From Squalus acanthias (taxonomy: Eukaryota), in the NCBI GenBank assembly GCA_030390025.1, contig CM059432.1, positions 112,222,001 through 112,286,000 on the forward strand: DNA of 64,000 bases. The letters run 5' to 3'. The notes under the pieces are model-generated. The model did no database searches. It had not been told where the DNA came from and saw only the letters and a list, made by a program, of their open reading frames with translations. A program made the position numbers and the translations under genes. Shown here piece by piece: positions 58,922 to 64,000 of the stretch. Position 1 is the first letter of the stretch; each line of letters opens with the position of its first letter.

Positions 58922-59292
58922 AAAAGAGAGAAAGACTTGAATTTATATAGCCCCTTTCACGACCACCAGACGTCCCAAAGCGTTTTACAGCCAATGAAGT
59001 ACTTTTTGACGTGTAGTCACTGTTGTAATGTAGGAAATGCGGCAGCCAATTGTGCACAGTAAGCTCCTACAAACAGCAATGTGATAATGACTAGATAATC
59101 TGTCATTAGTGATGTTGATTGAGGGATAAATATTGGCCAGGACACCAGGGATAACTCCCCTGCTCTTCTTCAAAATAGTGCCATGGGATCTTTTACGTCC
59201 ACCTGAGAGGGCAGACGGGGCCTCGGTTTAACGTCTCATCTGAAAGACAGTGCAGCACTCCCTCAGCACTGCACTGGAGTGTCAGCCTAGAT
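58922..59292 (-). mobile_element. SINE with Deu-like core (DeuSINE/SacSINE1-like)
   Basis: Recognised from memory: TCCCAAAGCGTTTTACAGCCAATGAAGTACT...GTGCCATGGGATCTTTTAC...GCACTGCACTGGAGTGTCAGCCTAGAT. Confidence 0.65.
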
Positions 59293-59424
59293 GAAGCAGA
59301 AGACTGTCTCCCCTCATCCTGTGAGGAATTGTGAATTCCTCTGCTTTTTCCAAAAGACTTTGAAACAAACTAGTCATCGAATTTTTAAAGCTTTATTTCA
59401 GGTAAATTTCACATTGAAAACATT

Positions 59425-60209
59425 GGGCCCTAATTTGCCGTGGCAGGGCATCTAAATGGCCTCTGCAATTCGTTAGACTTGCCATTTGCATGTTTAGGTT
59501 TAGAAATTCTTTATGATACAAGTTGCTGAAAGTGTGAGATGGGAACAGCTTGGCACCCTCTACAGGGCATCTGGGATTTGAATGAACAGGACAAGCAACT
59601 GCGTATCTCCTTAAGCAATCAGATTGAAGGATTGTGAAATAAACAGTGCAAGAACTGAGAAGGAAGTGTAAATTAGAGTGGGTGAATTCAATGTCAAATC
59701 AGGTACAGAAAGAGAAATAAAGAGGGAAAGACAGATTGGATTAAAAGAGAGAGAAAAAAGAGACAGAAAGGAAAAGTAAAATTTTGTTTTAAAAAATTGA
59801 AAAGTTTGACATTTTTTTAATCTCCAACAGTTAAAGCATGAAGCAATGAGATTCCTTGTAACAGTTAATTTTCAACGTCAGAGAAGTTGATTGCCAGTAA
59901 TTATCACATCGTTAAAAGGGTGCTTAGACGTGAAATGGATAAGACTTAACTTTCTGTGGCGAGTTTAGTTCATATCTACCGCGCAAATACAGCAACTTCA
60001 TGACATTCAATGTGCTTCAATGGTGAGGCAGGCAGCGAGATGCCGTTTTCACAAAGCTAACGGCGGAGTGTTGCAACTCAGACAGCAACTTTTGGGTATT
60101 CGTGTTTAACTGTGCATTTGTTCCTCGCCTGAAGATGCTGTGCCATTTGTGCACAAATAACGGCGAGCGTCATTAGCTTCACCATTATTTTGACAGCAAA
60201 ATCTGTCCC
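59425..60209. mobile_element. Old MITE
   Basis: Imperfect TIRs GGGCCCTAATTTGC / GCAAAATCTGTCCC with an ATT TSD. Confidence 0.55.
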
Positions 60210-61128
60210 ATTAACAATGGCTCATTTTCTATTATAAACCGCACAATATTTTATTTTAGATAGCTAGAGAACACCTGTGATTAACAGCATCTGCGGTTTC
60301 CTTTGTTTGCATTTAGAATGCAAAACAAAGCCTGCTTATCGAGAATGGATTTCTTTTTCTCAGGGAAATGTTGAAGAAGAATTCAGTTTCTTTTACTTAG
60401 TGATTTAAATCTAACTGAAAGATGAATTTGAATTATTAGGTTCTTCCTGATTGGCTAATGTCCATCCCATTCTCCATTTTGGCTCCAAATGCAGATAAAC
60501 TTTTTCTGTTCTGAGAAAAAATGTAAACCAATTTGGGGCTAAAGGTAATTTTTTGTAAACTGTGTAAACAATGAACTTTTCAGTGTTTTATAAGGTAATT
60601 TTTGCTTATCAAAACCTATGTTTATTAAAGACTGTTTAGTCATCAAACATTCTGATATTGCATCAAGTTCTATAAGGCAGGAACTTAAAAGCAGGAACCA
60701 GGCGATGGGGTGTCTGACGGCCCAAATGGAGCCACAGGTGGATCATTACTGTCAAACCCTGGTGCCCCAATGCTCCTCTTCAATGTACCACCACCCTCTT
60801 CCTGAACATTGGAACCCCTTACCCAAGACTTTACTCTGCTCACATAACCCCTTGACCATGCTCACAAATGTCTAGCTGTTTTCTCAGACACTGAAATGAC
60901 CCCCAATGCTTCCCAACCCCGGGATCCCACTCAGTGCTCTCTGGCCCCAAGAACACCCCTAATGCTCCCCATTCCTGAGCCCCACTGCAATGCTCCCAGG
61001 TCCCATCTCTCCTAACCACTGGAGTCCTGTCCTAAAGCTTCCAGATCCCTCTTTATGTACTACGAGACCCTGAGACCCTATCACAATACTTCCTGACTTA
61101 AGGTTCCTTCCCAGTGTTCCTGGACAGT

Positions 61129-64000
61129 GGGCTCGATTTTGCCAGGCCCGAGGAGGCGGGATTGGAGCCACGTGAGGTGTTAAAATTGCAAAAAATGGGG
61201 GGCGGCTCCGATCCCGCCTCCAGCCCGCCTCCGAGCAATTTTCCCAGGATCAGGGTTTCAGACCCTGTTTCCATCCTGCCTCCAAGAGGCGGGATAGGCC
61301 CTTAAGGGCTTTAACAACCAGTTAATTGCCTCTAAAATCCCATTTTGAGAGGCCTTTCCGATTTTAACACTTTTCCCCTATCCTGCACGTCTCCTCTGGA
61401 ACACGCCAGTTAATCCTGGTGGCCTCACAAGTGGATTGCTTACTAACAGCTGCAGCTCCACCATTAAAATGGACTTTTCACCAATGATCATTTGCAGGTG
61501 GCAGAACTTTGTTGTCTCAGGTCTGGGGGAACTTTTAGCAGGCATACTCATTGTTGTGGAAGTTTGGAGCCTGACACCCATCTCCAGTGTGACCTCCTGG
61601 GAAACCCCTCTCCCCACCTTGACTGAGCGCTTCCTCAACTGAGGCATATACCAGAAGCATGGGAACCATTTATTTCCTTTCCTCCTAGACATCAGATTTG
61701 GACGAAGACCAGCCGTGGCAGCAGCAGAACCATAAACAACAGCAGCACCAACAGCAGCAGCAACAACAGGAGCGCCAAGCTGCTGCTCACCCACCTGAAG
61801 CTGCATAGGCCAGAAGACGACAGCGCGCGACAACATTGCTGTCCGGGATGCAAGGGATGCACTCATGTTGGCCAGATTTGCTTAGCCTGCGTAATCAAAC
61901 ACTTTTGCCTCACACCTTCTTACCAGAGCATCGACAATGGACAAGTACCTATGGATTCCTATCACTCTGACCACCATACTGACAATTGCAAGTCGCTCTA
62001 AACCCTCAATGTGGAAGTCCCATTTGCGAAATGACACAGGCCACAACTTCAACAGTTTGCCATCAGAATTTTTTATCACAACAAGCAACTGATGGCATTT
62101 CAAAAATAAACACAACATAACACCCAAGTCACTACCCTTGTGACTACTTGTGCATTATCTTCCTCTTATGCGTGCTCCTACGTGGTGCTTCCCCTGTGGC
62201 TTCAGCAGTAATGGAGGCCCCTTGCTCACTTTCTTGCTGCTCCTGTCTTGACACCTTTGGTGACCGTCCTCTGGGGTTGCGAACCTGTGAGGGCTCGGCA
62301 ACAGTCTGCTGCTCCTGCGGCTGTGCAGGGGATGAGACACCCATCTCAGTTGGGTGAGGACTCTGGTGGGGCTCTGACCGAGGGCTTTGCAGTGGCATGG
62401 TCGTGTGAGCGCTTGGAGAGGAGCCCCCACTTCCTTGTTGTCTGCCACCAACATCCCTCTCATAGGTCAGCTCCACTTCATAGGTAGCAAGTGGCTTTAC
62501 AGCACCTTGCTGCACTTCAGGGGGGCCATGAGGACCCGTTTCTGCACTGGAAGTCCTACTCCAGTGGACTTCCATGAAGGTCTGGTTTCTATGCTCAATA
62601 GCTGACCATCGCTCCTCAAGAGATGCCAGTCTATTCTGAACAATGACCATGTATTCAACACTCTGGCGACTTAGCTCCTCCATGGCCTTGGCCATCCTCT
62701 CCTCTATTGTAGCCATCCTTTCCACGGAGGTTGCCATCCTTTCCATGGTGATGCGTTCATGCACCAATGCCTCCACAAAGGCTCTGCTCCTGTTCGCGAT
62801 GGACTCTTCCATTCGCTCACACTCGCAGCGACCCTGAAGAAAAAACCTGCCAGAGACTCCTGCACCTGTTCCTGGAGTTCCAGCACCGCTCTCCTTCTGG
62901 ATGGACCCGGAGACACAGGGTCGACATGCAGCTGAGCCGAGCTGGCAGATTCCTGCGCCCTCCGACGAGGACTCTCCACTGCTGTCCCTGTCTCTACCAT
63001 CTGCTGATGCTCACTTGTACACTGTGATACACCAGGTGACAACACTACTCTATCTCGTGAAGGTCCCACCGAGGTGTGAGTGTCTGCGCTGGTGCTGGGT
63101 GCGCTGAATTCTGCTGACGCTATGCTCTCAGAGGTTGCAGCTTCCTCTGAGGAGTCTTGAAGCTCAGACTGTTCCTCCTGGACAGTGGGGACGGGGGCTA
63201 TCGATGGTCCTGTGGGGGAGTAAAGGAAAGAGTTAGAGATGTGAGGTAAAGGTTGCATGCACATTGAATTGTGCAGATGGTCATAACTCAATCTGCTAGA
63301 GCATCAGAATCATTATCAGTCACTCATGCAATGTCAATGAGAGAGATGCCAAACTATTCTGTCACCAGCTTGCTGTGATGCGCCCGTCTGTCCGTCCCCC
63401 ACTTGCGAATCTTCCTCGACACCGGCGATTTCCAGGGCCGCATCCTCCGAGGTGGTGAGCTGGGCTACTGAGGGTGGCCCTCCTCCTGTCCTCGCTCTTT
63501 CTCTCTTATTGTGGGCTCTCTTTTCCTGCAATGAGGGACACAGTGGAGTTTGAGTGAGAATGAAGGAGTGAGTGCAGAGAATCCATAGCATAGATGCTTA
63601 GAAGGAGACAAAGTGCCCTCCCTGTGTGTTGTAAGTTGTTGTCATTGCATCACAGTGATAGGGAGTGTGAGGGCTGCATGATCGAATAGTTAAGTGAATG
63701 TGACCATAGAGAGGGAATGGATAAGGGTGCAGGGATGTCAGTGTCAAGTGGGATGTGGAGGAAGAGGTTGGCAAAGCAGAATGCTGGTGAGGAGAGGCAA
63801 TGGGGATCAGATTGAGGGTGATGGGAAAGTCATACTCACTTTTCCTGTGCGGAGAAGGTCATGAAACCTTTTCCTGCATTGCAGCCAGGTTCTGCGGCAC
63901 ATAGAGATTGAGTTGACCTCCTGGGCCACTTGCATCCACACAGCTTTAGTCTGCTGGGGAGGCTTTTTCCTCCCTGAGGAAGGGAAGAGCACCTCCTTAT
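61129..64000. mobile_element. Harbinger Myb-only deletion derivative (truncated by window end)
   Basis: Starts GGGCTCGATTTT and is collinear with 44935-48228, including the transposase stub and minus-strand Myb exons. Confidence 0.88.

Overview
Eukaryotic, repeat-dense vertebrate DNA. The host is probably a cartilaginous fish, inferred from shark-type CR1 LINEs with esterase ORF1 and a Deu-domain SINE. No host gene could be supported. The main feature is an apparently intact, very young 12.9-kb endogenous retrovirus-like provirus on the minus strand (11973-24866). It has ~1.7-kb near-identical TG..CA LTRs, a GATT target-site duplication (TSD), and open gag, pol and env. Pol carries a degenerate RNase H tether followed by a second RNase H. 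Env looks like a paramyxo/pneumovirus-F-type class I fusogen. Together these fit a lokiretrovirus-like element. Unusual details: an Ig-like domain in Env; gag-pol joined by an in-frame UGA-CUAG readthrough signal; the gag ATG inside the tRNA primer-binding site (PBS); overlapping PSAP/PPxY late domains; a ~300-aa integrase tail; an ATG-less frame running into the 3' LTR; and LTR motifs conserved with a divergent solo LTR at 43053-44714. The rest of the window is PIF/Harbinger transposons (including a Myb-only deletion subfamily), many MITEs, nested CR1 and L2/Crack-like LINEs, and Penelope, Gypsy and SINE fragments. Coordinates of degenerate repeats are approximate.
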